Shown: one piece after another, positions 33,344-40,401 of the stretch
Position numbering within the stretch: position 1 is the stretch's first letter
How the letters are laid out: each line of letters begins with the position of its first letter
Virus record (IMG/VR): IMGVR_UViG_3300045988_092566
Span: 1 to 40,436 of that record
Strand: one strand, 5' to 3'
DNA length: 40,436 nucleotides
Source of the DNA: a virus
Notes under the pieces: generated by a model
Database searches by the model: none
What the model was told of the DNA's origin: nothing
The model's input: the letters and a program-made list of their open reading frames with translations, nothing else
Made by a program: the position numbers and the translations under genes

Positions 33344-33435
33344 TGCCGGGACGCGGATTCGAACCGCGCATCCATCCGCCGACGTGACCTCAACACGCCG
33401 ATCCATGGCGCCCGCATCCTGTCGCGGGTCCCGGC
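33344..33435 (-). tRNA. 92-nt tRNA-like gene, non-canonical, with competing Leu(GAG)-like and Ser(GGA)-like anticodon arms
   Basis: The acceptor stem is GCCGGGA/TCCCGGC (7 bp). The T-arm is CGCGG-TTCGAAT-CCGCG. The D-arm is CGC-GACAGGAT-GCG. The stem-loop GGCGTG-TTGAGGT-CACGTC has U33 and G37. Confidence 0.45.
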
Positions 33436-33578
33436 GAAGGCCGGACGGGAGGAGAAGAGAGAAGATGACCCGTCCGGCTGGTTTTAACGTCTTTTCCTTG
33501 ACGCGCGGGCGGTTCCGGCATGGCCGCGCATGACGAACCACGTCCATGCCGCAATGTGTGCGGAACCGTCCAAGTCCT

Positions 33579-33791
33579 TCACTGCCGTTGCTCGTCCAGC
33601 CAGCGTGCGAAGCGGGGGTCGGAGCACAGGCGACGCATGATGACGGCCGTCGGGATGAGCACCGCGAACGGCACGGCGATGAGATGTTCGATCGGGTGAG
33701 TACAGGCCGGCGTGCAGTACAGCACCCACATGGCCAGCAACCACACCGCGAACAGCAGCTGGTGCAGGATGACGTGGGCAAGAACCTTCAT
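33579..33791 (-). CDS. Small membrane protein (70 aa, 2 TM)
   Basis: The frame has high GC3 and two hydrophobic helices. Confidence 0.6.
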   Translation of the reverse strand: MKVLAHVILHQLLFAVWLLAMWVLYCTPACTHPIEHLIAVPFAVLIPTAVIMRRLCSDPRFARWLDEQRQ

Positions 33792-33820
33792 CGTTCGCCT
33801 CCGTCCGTAGAATCGATGGA

Positions 33821-34444
33821 ATGGACATCAATGCGATCACCGGCGTCGTTGGCGCCATCACGGGATTGGTTGGCGGTGTCTCCGGATGTGTCGCCTTGTT
33901 CCAGGCGCGCCATGGCAACAAGCTCTCGGAGCAGGCGAACGGCTCGGCTGAGGAAGCCAACCGGATCGCCGTCGAATCGAAGCGTGCCGCCGAGCAGGCC
34001 AACTGCCTTGCAGGAAAGGCGAACGAGATAGCTGCAGACGCGAACTCGATCAGCCAGCGGGCGTTGTCCGTCACCGCCGACCAGACGGTCCACAAGTGGC
34101 GGGTCGAATACGATGGAGAAACCTCGACCGTATTCCTTGTCAACGATTGCCCCGACATGGCACGAGACGTGTCCGTGTTCGTCCGTTTCAAAGACCAGAC
34201 CGTTGCGCAACGGCACGTCGACGAGGTTGCGCCGTTCGGAGAGGTCGCGCTCGAAAGCGAGTTCTTCTCCAAGCAGATATTCGAAGACCAGGCCGGTATC
34301 GACCGCCTGAACGCCCAACCAGGCTTCACCTACTTCGGACGTGGATCCTGTCGTGTGACGGTCCACGTCACTTACACTACGGAGCTCGGCGCCAGACGCA
34401 ACGACGAAGTCGAGCAGTGCCTGACCAACAGCCAGAGGCATTGA
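33821..34444 (+). CDS. Counter-oriented membrane-anchored protein (207 aa): N-terminal TM, coiled coil, beta-rich domain
   Basis: The plus frame has strongly G/C-biased third positions. The overlapping minus ORF 33788-34453 looks like a shadow. Confidence 0.65.
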   Translation: MDINAITGVVGAITGLVGGVSGCVALFQARHGNKLSEQANGSAEEANRIAVESKRAAEQANCLAGKANEIAADANSISQRALSVTADQTVHKWRVEYDGETSTVFLVNDCPDMARDVSVFVRFKDQTVAQRHVDEVAPFGEVALESEFFSKQIFEDQAGIDRLNAQPGFTYFGRGSCRVTVHVTYTTELGARRNDEVEQCLTNSQRH

Positions 34445-34449
34445 TTCCA

Positions 34450-34650
34450 TCACAGCTCCTTGTTGATGGTGTCGATGACGATGTCCACGAGGTCGACCAC
34501 GTCGAGGTCAACGCATCCGACGATGTGACCGAGCGAACGCCTTGCTTCGATTTCGTCCCACCCGTCGCCGCAGGCCGGACGGATGGCGTCGCCCTCGTCC
34601 TCAAATTCCCTGAATATCGCTTCGACACAGGCTTTGCGGATGTCGCTCAT
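34450..34650 (-). CDS. Small acidic protein (66 aa)
   Basis: The RBS AAGGAGCATTGC precedes the ATG at 34650. Confidence 0.55.
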   Translation of the reverse strand: MSDIRKACVEAIFREFEDEGDAIRPACGDGWDEIEARRSLGHIVGCVDLDVVDLVDIVIDTINKEL

Positions 34651-34868
34651 GCAATGCTCCTTGTGCAATTCGTCTCGCCTTCCCTGAGCCATTCGGCCAC
34701 GAAAAGCCTCGCCACCTGTGTGGTGGTCATCATCTGCTGCAAGACCATCACGCGCCTCCTTTGCGTGTGTGATGCCGGGCGGCGTTAGGAGAACCGCCCG
34801 ACCCCCTCCTAAAATCGGTGTCATCCCGCATTTCCGACGTGCGGGCCGAACAGTTAGGAGAAGCATCA

Positions 34869-35549
34869 ATGTCGAATGCAGCCGAATACCTACTGCAGTT
34901 TTTTGAGGTCGAGCAGCAGCCCGACGGATTCCGGAAGGACGTGCTGCCCGCATACACGGCCATGTGCAGCACCGAAAGAACGCTTGATACGCTGATCGCC
35001 CGTGGCGTGAAACGTCTCGACATGGCGAAATCACAGATGCCCGGTATTTGGAAAGCCTTGTGGGAATCATTCTCCGACGATGCCATGGACGGACATCGTC
35101 GGAACTTCAGCACGTTGGCCGGTTCGACCAATAGGTTGGATGCCGCGGCGGTTCTGGCTTTGCAGACCATCGCCGACAGGTGGGTAGAGCTGGATGTGCG
35201 GATGGAGGACAAGGACAGGGAGAACATCTCCGGCTTCCTTTCTGAAATCGAGCAGTGCCTGAAAGAGGATGTGAGCATGCCGGCGGCGTTGAAGTCGTAT
35301 GTGCTTAATCTCACGACCGAGGTTCGCCGATGCGTCAACGATTGGGAGAGCTGCGGCTCGTTCGAGCTCAATGACGCCATGCAGCGTCTGCTTGGAGCCT
35401 TGTACATCGCCGAATCGCACGCCAAGGACCAATCCCGCTGGCAGAAGATCAAGGAGAAATACATGGGTGGGATGTTCGCTGATTTCATCGTTCAGATTCC
35501 CGCTCTTGCTCTCGCGGCGGTTCCGTACATAGCCCAGATAGGCGCATGA
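34869..35549 (+). CDS. Counter-oriented hypothetical protein (226 aa) with a hydrophobic C-terminal segment
   Basis: The RBS TTAGGAGAAGC precedes the ATG at 34869. The region is visibly lower in GC. Hairpins lie upstream. Confidence 0.65.
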   Translation: MSNAAEYLLQFFEVEQQPDGFRKDVLPAYTAMCSTERTLDTLIARGVKRLDMAKSQMPGIWKALWESFSDDAMDGHRRNFSTLAGSTNRLDAAAVLALQTIADRWVELDVRMEDKDRENISGFLSEIEQCLKEDVSMPAALKSYVLNLTTEVRRCVNDWESCGSFELNDAMQRLLGALYIAESHAKDQSRWQKIKEKYMGGMFADFIVQIPALALAAVPYIAQIGA

Positions 35550-35751
35550 GCAGGTAGTTCCTGTTCAGTTCCCGCAGCATCACCCATCTAGCGCCAATCT
35601 GCAATCCGTTGAGCAGAAGGGAGCAGCCAAGAAGAATCTGGAATTGATTCAGAGATTTGAGTCCACAGGCAAACATCCAGATTCCGGATATCGCGCAGAT
35701 GATGGACGCCACCACGCTAAGAGCGCTTGGCTTGGTTGTAACAATCATCAC
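35485..35751 (-). CDS. Membrane protein (88 aa, 2 TM)
   Basis: An ATGA overlap links it to the upstream gene. Its 3' end overlaps the convergent plus-strand gene by 65 nt, so the C-terminal extent is uncertain. Confidence 0.4.
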   Translation of the reverse strand: MMIVTTKPSALSVVASIICAISGIWMFACGLKSLNQFQILLGCSLLLNGLQIGARWVMLRELNRNYLLMRLSGLCTEPPREQERESER

Positions 35752-35951
35752 TCATCCCCCAACATCGTCATGAATTCCCTCGAGTCCACTTCCGCGACCG
35801 CGGGGAAGATTACGAACGCCTTCCCGTCGCCTAAAAACTCGGCTCTGATCGGGTCGTCCGTTATCCATTTGCCGGAATGCGCGAAGAGATAGTCACTGAT
35901 ACGCTTCGCTTTTTTCTGCGGAATGTTGTTGATTTCAAGGCACGCGCTCAT
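35748..35951 (-). CDS. Hypothetical protein (67 aa)
   Basis: An ATGA overlap links it to the Xis-like gene stop. Confidence 0.45.
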   Translation of the reverse strand: MSACLEINNIPQKKAKRISDYLFAHSGKWITDDPIRAEFLGDGKAFVIFPAVAEVDSREFMTMLGDE

Positions 35952-36196
35952 CACGCACCCACCTCTTCCTCGTATTCGGCCGTGCACTGGTACAGGTGTT
36001 GCGCGAAATAGGCGATCATCTGCTCCTTCGGATACATGACGATTCGTCCCACCTTCACGAACTTCGGGCCGATGCCCGCGCTACGCCAGTACGCCAGGGT
36101 GCCTTCCTTGATGCCGCAGTTGTCCGCGATGTCCTTCGTTGTGTTCATCGGCTTCAACGCCGCCGCCAATGCGGCGAACACCTCTTTGTCATCCAT
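35951..36196 (-). CDS. Xis/AlpA/MerR-type HTH DNA-binding protein (81 aa), candidate excisionase
   Basis: The sequence TKDIADNCGIKEGTLAYWRSAGIGPKFVKVGRIVMYPKEQM fits the HTH_17 pattern. Confidence 0.65.
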   Translation of the reverse strand: MDDKEVFAALAAALKPMNTTKDIADNCGIKEGTLAYWRSAGIGPKFVKVGRIVMYPKEQMIAYFAQHLYQCTAEYEEEVGA

Positions 36197-36339
36197 CACG
36201 CGCCCGCTTCCAACGACGGCTGGAGGCAGTACCGGCGGATGAAGTACGTCTGGCCCTTGGCGACGAACCACGGCTCCCCCGCCTCGTCGGTCAAGGTGCG
36301 CAATGACGCGCCCTTGAACTTCTGGATTTCATTGTTCAT
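36196..36339 (-). pseudogene. Truncated Bro-N (antirepressor N-terminal) domain ORF (47 aa)
   Basis: MNNEIQKFKGASLRTLTDEAGEPWFVAKG matches the start of Bro-N domains and then departs from the family pattern. A strong RBS (AAGGAG) is retained. Confidence 0.45.
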
Positions 36340-36447
36340 TGGATTCTCCTTAGAATCGTTTTCATTAGTGGTTATGCATTCCCATGACGCGTTGCTGCTG
36401 TATCGTTGTGCACGTTGACCGTGTTCCACTGATTGCGGAGTGAATTT

Positions 36448-37131
36448 ATGAGCACCGATCCCTTATGGCTGACATTGCTGTCCCCTGCCTTGTCTTTTCT
36501 GGCATTGGCTGTCAATGTGTGGATTACATTCCGCAATTGGCAGCGCAGGGCAGCTGCGCATTGGACCTGCATCCCCATACATGGCAAGGAGGGACGCGCT
36601 GATTTCAATCGGTTTCTGAAAGACGCGAATGACGATCTTGAGAAATTCGATGGGATCGGTCACATGTTTGCGTTGACGAACAACGGCGAGATGCAGGCAG
36701 TCGGAGTTAAACTGTTCGCTTTTGGGTGCTCTGTGCAGGCAATCCAATACCTGGACACGCCGCACGGCCAAGCGAAAGACATAGGCACCGAATTCGCGTT
36801 CGTGGAACCGCGTGGAACCGTCTACGCATCGCTCGACGATCCGGAATCCAAGCTTTTCCTGGATGGTACTACTCCGGCGAAAAGCGGCTGGTTCCGCGTC
36901 TATTGGATGGATTCCCCGACCCGCAAGCCCCAATATCTCAAGCAGGATTTCCGATGGGACGTCGTCGATGGGCAACGTCTCGTGGATCAGCTCGTTCCAC
37001 TCGGCAAACCCACCAGAGTGACCCAAAAGGAGTATGATGCAGGGACTCCAATCGTCGATAACCTTGAGATACATGGTTTCGTCCAATCCACTAGAAGAGA
37101 ACGTATGGCGCGATTCCTGTTGCGCCGTTAG
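36448..37131 (+). CDS. Counter-oriented membrane-anchored protein (227 aa), N-terminal TM
   Basis: GGAG lies 7 nt before the ATG at 36448. The TM segment is LWLTLLSPALSFLALAVNVWITF. The region is low in GC. Confidence 0.7.
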   Translation: MSTDPLWLTLLSPALSFLALAVNVWITFRNWQRRAAAHWTCIPIHGKEGRADFNRFLKDANDDLEKFDGIGHMFALTNNGEMQAVGVKLFAFGCSVQAIQYLDTPHGQAKDIGTEFAFVEPRGTVYASLDDPESKLFLDGTTPAKSGWFRVYWMDSPTRKPQYLKQDFRWDVVDGQRLVDQLVPLGKPTRVTQKEYDAGTPIVDNLEIHGFVQSTRRERMARFLLRR

Positions 37132-37214
37132 CCGTTGAGCCACATATTGATGCAGACAGTGATGATGCTCGCCACCGCGCAGACGATGGAGAACCAGGTC
37201 GCTATCGTTTCCAT
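37128..37214 (-). CDS. 28-aa TM peptide (METIATWFSIVCAVASIITVCINMWLNG)
   Basis: The RBS AAAGGAAGG lies 8 nt upstream. Its stop overlaps the stop of the convergent plus-strand gene. Confidence 0.35.
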   Translation of the reverse strand: METIATWFSIVCAVASIITVCINMWLNG

Positions 37215-37236
37215 GTGAGAACACCTTCCTTTCGAT

Positions 37237-37533
37237 TCATTCGTCGGCGAGCGCCTGATTCTGTTCTTCGATCGCTTCCATCGGCGAGCGCTTAACAAAT
37301 TCACTCTTTTTTTCTTTGACAAAGAAGTCGCTGACGTCACATCCAACGACTTCTGAAATTTGATGCAATTCACGAACTGTGAATGGCGATGACGCTGGAT
37401 ACTTGAGCCTCCTTGTCAATGTGACTCGTGGAATTCCTGATTTCTCCGATGCTTCGGAAATGCTGAATTTTGCGCGGGAAAGAGCTTTGCCAACTCGTCT
37501 TGCGACTGTTGCTGAGTACTTCATGCTGTCCAT
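37237..37533 (-). CDS. Cro-like XRE-family HTH regulator (98 aa from the ATG at 37533; alternative starts at 37524 and 37542)
   Basis: The HTH is FSISEASEKSGIPRVTLTRRLK. It is divergent from the CI-like gene and is the first gene of the minus-strand early operon. Confidence 0.7.
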   Translation of the reverse strand: MDSMKYSATVARRVGKALSRAKFSISEASEKSGIPRVTLTRRLKYPASSPFTVRELHQISEVVGCDVSDFFVKEKKSEFVKRSPMEAIEEQNQALADE

Positions 37534-37540
37534 GCTTTGC

Positions 37541-37569
37541 ATAGTAGTGCCCATTTGGGCAGTATGCAA
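37541..37569 (-). promoter_or_regulatory. Predicted early lytic promoter (TTGCAT-17-TACTAT) with operator O1 in the spacer
   Basis: On the minus strand, -35 is at 37569-37564 and -10 at 37546-37541. The ATG at 37533 lies about 7 nt downstream, giving a leaderless or very short leader. Confidence 0.45.
37548..37561. promoter_or_regulatory. Operator O1, TGCCCATTTGGGCA
   Basis: A perfect 6+2+6 palindrome. Confidence 0.6.
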
Positions 37570-37577
37570 GTACAACA

Positions 37578-37591
37578 CGCCCAAATGGGCA
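37578..37591. promoter_or_regulatory. Operator O2, CGCCCAAATGGGCA
   Basis: Same half-sites as O1, with one outer mismatch. Its centre lies 30 bp from O1. Confidence 0.55.
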
Positions 37592-37592
37592 G

Positions 37593-37620
37593 TTGATAGC
37601 AGAATTTCAGTCGCTATACT
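37593..37620 (+). promoter_or_regulatory. Predicted repressor promoter (TTGATA-16-TATACT) giving a leaderless CI mRNA
   Basis: The -10 element ends 6 nt before the ATG at 37627. Confidence 0.45.
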
Positions 37621-37633
37621 GTCCATATGGACA
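37620..37633. promoter_or_regulatory. Operator O3, TGTCCATATGGACA, overlapping the CI start codon
   Basis: A perfect palindrome. Its centre lies 42 bp from O2. Confidence 0.55.
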
Positions 37634-37995
37634 TTAATGAAGCGACTGCAAAGGCAATTGCCGCAGAACGATCTGCAGCAGGATTAACCATTAAAGATCT
37701 TTCGGAGAAATCTGGCGTGCCGGAGCGCACTCTAATCAGAATGCTGAAAAATGAGCGCGACATAAAGGTGACGCAAATCGCTCAACTTTCAGAAGTCTTC
37801 GGAATCAATCCACATGAACTCATTGAAGAGGCTGAAAAATTTGTCGACCGTGCTAACCGCGCAAAGGCCCGCGAGCGCGAGTTTCGGGTCACGGATGAGC
37901 TGGTTGACCGTATCGCTTCCCGTCCGGAGGATTTCGGCGTGGCTGCCAACGACGATCCGAACAAGACACTTGAAGCCGAAACGCCAAGAGATTGA
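37627..37995 (+). CDS. CI-like XRE-family repressor (122 aa)
   Basis: The HTH is LTIKDLSEKSGVPERTLIRMLKNERDIKVTQIAQLSEVFG. It is the first gene of the plus-strand lysogeny operon, and an ImmA-like protease lies downstream. Confidence 0.75.
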   Translation: MDINEATAKAIAAERSAAGLTIKDLSEKSGVPERTLIRMLKNERDIKVTQIAQLSEVFGINPHELIEEAEKFVDRANRAKAREREFRVTDELVDRIASRPEDFGVAANDDPNKTLEAETPRD

Positions 37996-38032
37996 ATTTT
38001 TAATGCAAATCAACCAAGGAAAGAAGGAAACC

Positions 38033-38518
38033 ATGTACAGGAAGACAATCGCAACGGCCGTTGCCGGTCTGCTCATTCTCGGGCTTGGCGCATGCGGCAA
38101 CGCCAGTGACGCCAAAACCGCCGACGCCGGCAGCACGAGCCAATCGCAGACGACAAAGAAGCCAGCAGAGAAGAAGCCGGTAGAACAGCCTGCGGATCTG
38201 ACCGGCACGTGGAAGCAGACCAACTCCGGCAGCACGGATTCCTGGATGGAGGCCGAGATCACGGCCGACACGATCACCGTCCAGTGGGTCAGCGACAACG
38301 GCGATACGAAGAGCCTGTACTGGAAGGGCTCCTACAATGCGCCAGACAAGGCCGGCGACTGGAAGTGGACGAGCCAGGGAGACACCGCGGCGATGCAGGC
38401 GTCCCTGCTCGGCTCGCAGGACGCCACCAAGGACTTCACCTACACCAAGGCGGACGGCGTCAGCTGGGAGACCACCGCGATGGGCACCACCACAGTGGTG
38501 AAGACCGCCAAGCAGTGA
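38033..38518 (+). CDS. Lysogeny-operon lipoprotein (161 aa), candidate superinfection exclusion factor
   Basis: The signal peptide has the lipobox LGAC (MYRKTIATAVAGLLILGLGACGN). The RBS AAGGAAAGAAGGAAA is present. The gene lies between the repressor and the ImmA-like gene. Confidence 0.75.
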   Translation: MYRKTIATAVAGLLILGLGACGNASDAKTADAGSTSQSQTTKKPAEKKPVEQPADLTGTWKQTNSGSTDSWMEAEITADTITVQWVSDNGDTKSLYWKGSYNAPDKAGDWKWTSQGDTAAMQASLLGSQDATKDFTYTKADGVSWETTAMGTTTVVKTAKQ

Positions 38519-38913
38519 ACGACGCCACATTGACGTCCTGGTCGAAAACACTGGGCGTGCGAGTGGAGGAACGCCGGCTGGCCGGAGACAGGTGCGGGAT
38601 CTACTACGATCCGCTCCGCCTCATCATCCTCGACGAACGGCTGGCCGGATTCCAACGCCGCTGCACCTTGTGCCACGAGCTCATCCATGCCAGACACCAC
38701 GACCCCGGCTGTGGCAGCCAATACGGGGTCAAATGCGAGCGCCGTTGCCGTAGGGAGACCGCGCTGGCGTTGATCAGTCCGGTGGATTACGGCATGGCCG
38801 AGGAGATTTATGAGGGCGCGGCGTGGCCGATGGCGGTCGAATTGGGTGTGACGGTGCAGGTGCTGATGGACTACCGGCAGCTGCTTCATGATTCCGGCGT
38901 GTGCATGCAATAG
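38515..38913 (+). CDS. ImmA/IrrE-family Zn metallopeptidase (132 aa)
   Basis: The HEXXH motif (CHELIHARHH) is present. The GTG start overlaps the lipoprotein TGA as GTGA. Confidence 0.75.
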   Translation: MNDATLTSWSKTLGVRVEERRLAGDRCGIYYDPLRLIILDERLAGFQRRCTLCHELIHARHHDPGCGSQYGVKCERRCRRETALALISPVDYGMAEEIYEGAAWPMAVELGVTVQVLMDYRQLLHDSGVCMQ

Positions 38914-38967
38914 TTATACGCCTTTATACGTGCTTATAGAGCCTTATACCCCTTCGGATTCCTTATA
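38914..38967 (+). repeat. Five YTTATA motifs, four phased exactly 10 bp apart, upstream of int
   Basis: TTATA occurs at 38914, 38924, 38934, 38944 and 38963. This AT-rich block sits in a high-GC genome. Confidence 0.6.
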
Positions 38968-39017
38968 AAAAATGACCCCGGCCACCCGCATACCGCGAGC
39001 GCCGGGGTGAAAAACAT

Positions 39018-40301
39018 GTGGGAAGAAGCGCCATGAAAGTGACCATTGATGATCTGTGGCTCAAGAATGACGATGATGGCAATCCGCCGAGTCGCGCGGC
39101 CAAACGCTCTTTGGCGAACTCACGCGATCCGATGAAGGCCAATGTGCCTGAGAAGTGGCGTAAAAGCCGTTATGGGGTCGGGATGCGCTGGCGTTGTCAT
39201 TGGACCATCGTCAAGGACGGTAGACGTGTGCAGAGGGTGAAGCAGTTCGCCAGGCTCGCCGAAGCGCAGGAATATGCCGCGGCCATGGAGGACGACATCA
39301 GGCGGGGACGCTACCGCGATCCTCGTCAGGAGCTTCGTGTCCTGGATGATGTGGCCGGCGAATGGCTCGCGTCGAAGGTTGATTTGAAACCCGGCACCGC
39401 GGGCCGGTATGCGAGGGAGCTGCGCCTGTACATCCTGCCCAAATGGGGTGGCATGACGTTGCGTGAGCTGCGCCCTGACATGCTGCAGGAGTGGGTCGGC
39501 CAGCTCATGGACGGTGGTTATCCGGCCGCGTTGCCGGACGGGCGTGATTCGAAGCCGCTGAGTGCGAGAAGCATCCGCAATATCATGAAAGTCGTCCTCA
39601 AGGGCATCTTTGACTACGCCGTCTCGAACGGGTGGATCGGTGAGAATCCTGTGGACAGGGTCACCGTGCCGAAGATCGTCTCCGACGACGACATGGTGTT
39701 CCTCTCGGTCCGCGAGGTCGAGTTGCTCGCGGACGAGGCGGAGAAGATCGGGAAGCCGGTGGACGGTCTGCTGGTCAGATGGCAGGCCTATACGGGATGC
39801 CGCATAGGCGAATCGCTTGCCCTTAAGGTCGGTGACGTGGATGTGGACAGGCGGCGCGCCAGGATAGGCCGCACATGGACTGACGACGGGCACGGCGGCA
39901 GCATGCTCGGCACCCCGAAGAACGGCAAGGCCCGCAACATCGCGATACCACGGTTCCTTATGCCGCAGATCAAGGCGCAGATGGATGGCATGGGTGATGA
40001 CGACTGGCTGTTCCGTGCCACCCGTGGCGGGAACGTCTGGACGAACACGTGGCGGACAAGGATATGGAACAAGGCCGTCAAAGCGGCCGGCATGGAGGAC
40101 GCGGGCGTGACCATACACAGTCTGCGCCACACATACGCGAGCTTCGCGATCGCCCAGGGCGCGGACGTGAAGACCCTGCAGATGCAGCTCGGCCACTCCT
40201 CTCCCAGCATCACATTGAACACCTACACGGCGCTCTGGCCGGAACGATTGGACGACGTGGCCGACGCGATCGGAGCCCTCCGCGAGCGCGAACTCGTGTG
40301 A
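39018..40301 (+). CDS. int: Tyrosine integrase (427 aa from the GTG at 39018; 422 aa from the ATG at 39033)
   Basis: It has an N-terminal SAM-like/arm-binding region and the catalytic motifs TGCRIGE, HSLRHTYAS and GHSSPSITLNTY. It is adjacent to attR and the tRNA. Confidence 0.9.
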   Translation: MGRSAMKVTIDDLWLKNDDDGNPPSRAAKRSLANSRDPMKANVPEKWRKSRYGVGMRWRCHWTIVKDGRRVQRVKQFARLAEAQEYAAAMEDDIRRGRYRDPRQELRVLDDVAGEWLASKVDLKPGTAGRYARELRLYILPKWGGMTLRELRPDMLQEWVGQLMDGGYPAALPDGRDSKPLSARSIRNIMKVVLKGIFDYAVSNGWIGENPVDRVTVPKIVSDDDMVFLSVREVELLADEAEKIGKPVDGLLVRWQAYTGCRIGESLALKVGDVDVDRRRARIGRTWTDDGHGGSMLGTPKNGKARNIAIPRFLMPQIKAQMDGMGDDDWLFRATRGGNVWTNTWRTRIWNKAVKAAGMEDAGVTIHSLRHTYASFAIAQGADVKTLQMQLGHSSPSITLNTYTALWPERLDDVADAIGALRERELV

Positions 40302-40325
40302 ATCGGGCATGGAGGTACCGCGGCG

Positions 40326-40346
40326 TTTGTATGCATTTGTATGCGG
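40326..40346 (+). promoter_or_regulatory. Tandem TTTGTATGCA/TTTGTATGCGG, candidate arm-type integrase sites (P arm)
   Basis: The motif matches 207-228. It lies 15 bp from the att core repeat. Confidence 0.45.
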
Positions 40347-40360
40347 ATTGTTTTCGACTG

Positions 40361-40399
40361 AAAAAATAAGCCCTTGAAAACCTAATGTTTCCAAGGGCT
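40361..40399 (-). terminator. Intrinsic terminator of the host tRNA gene (duplicated at 1-39)
   Basis: On the minus strand AGCCCTTG-N15-CAAGGGCT is followed by TATTTTTT. Confidence 0.6.
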
Positions 40400-40401
40400 C
40401 C

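Noticed and set aside
33788-34453. 221-aa minus-strand ORF that would fit the orientation of the early operon
   Set aside because: Third codon positions are strongly G/C-biased in the overlapping plus frame (33821-34444) and not in this one. The plus-frame product also has a sensible TM, coiled-coil and beta-domain layout.
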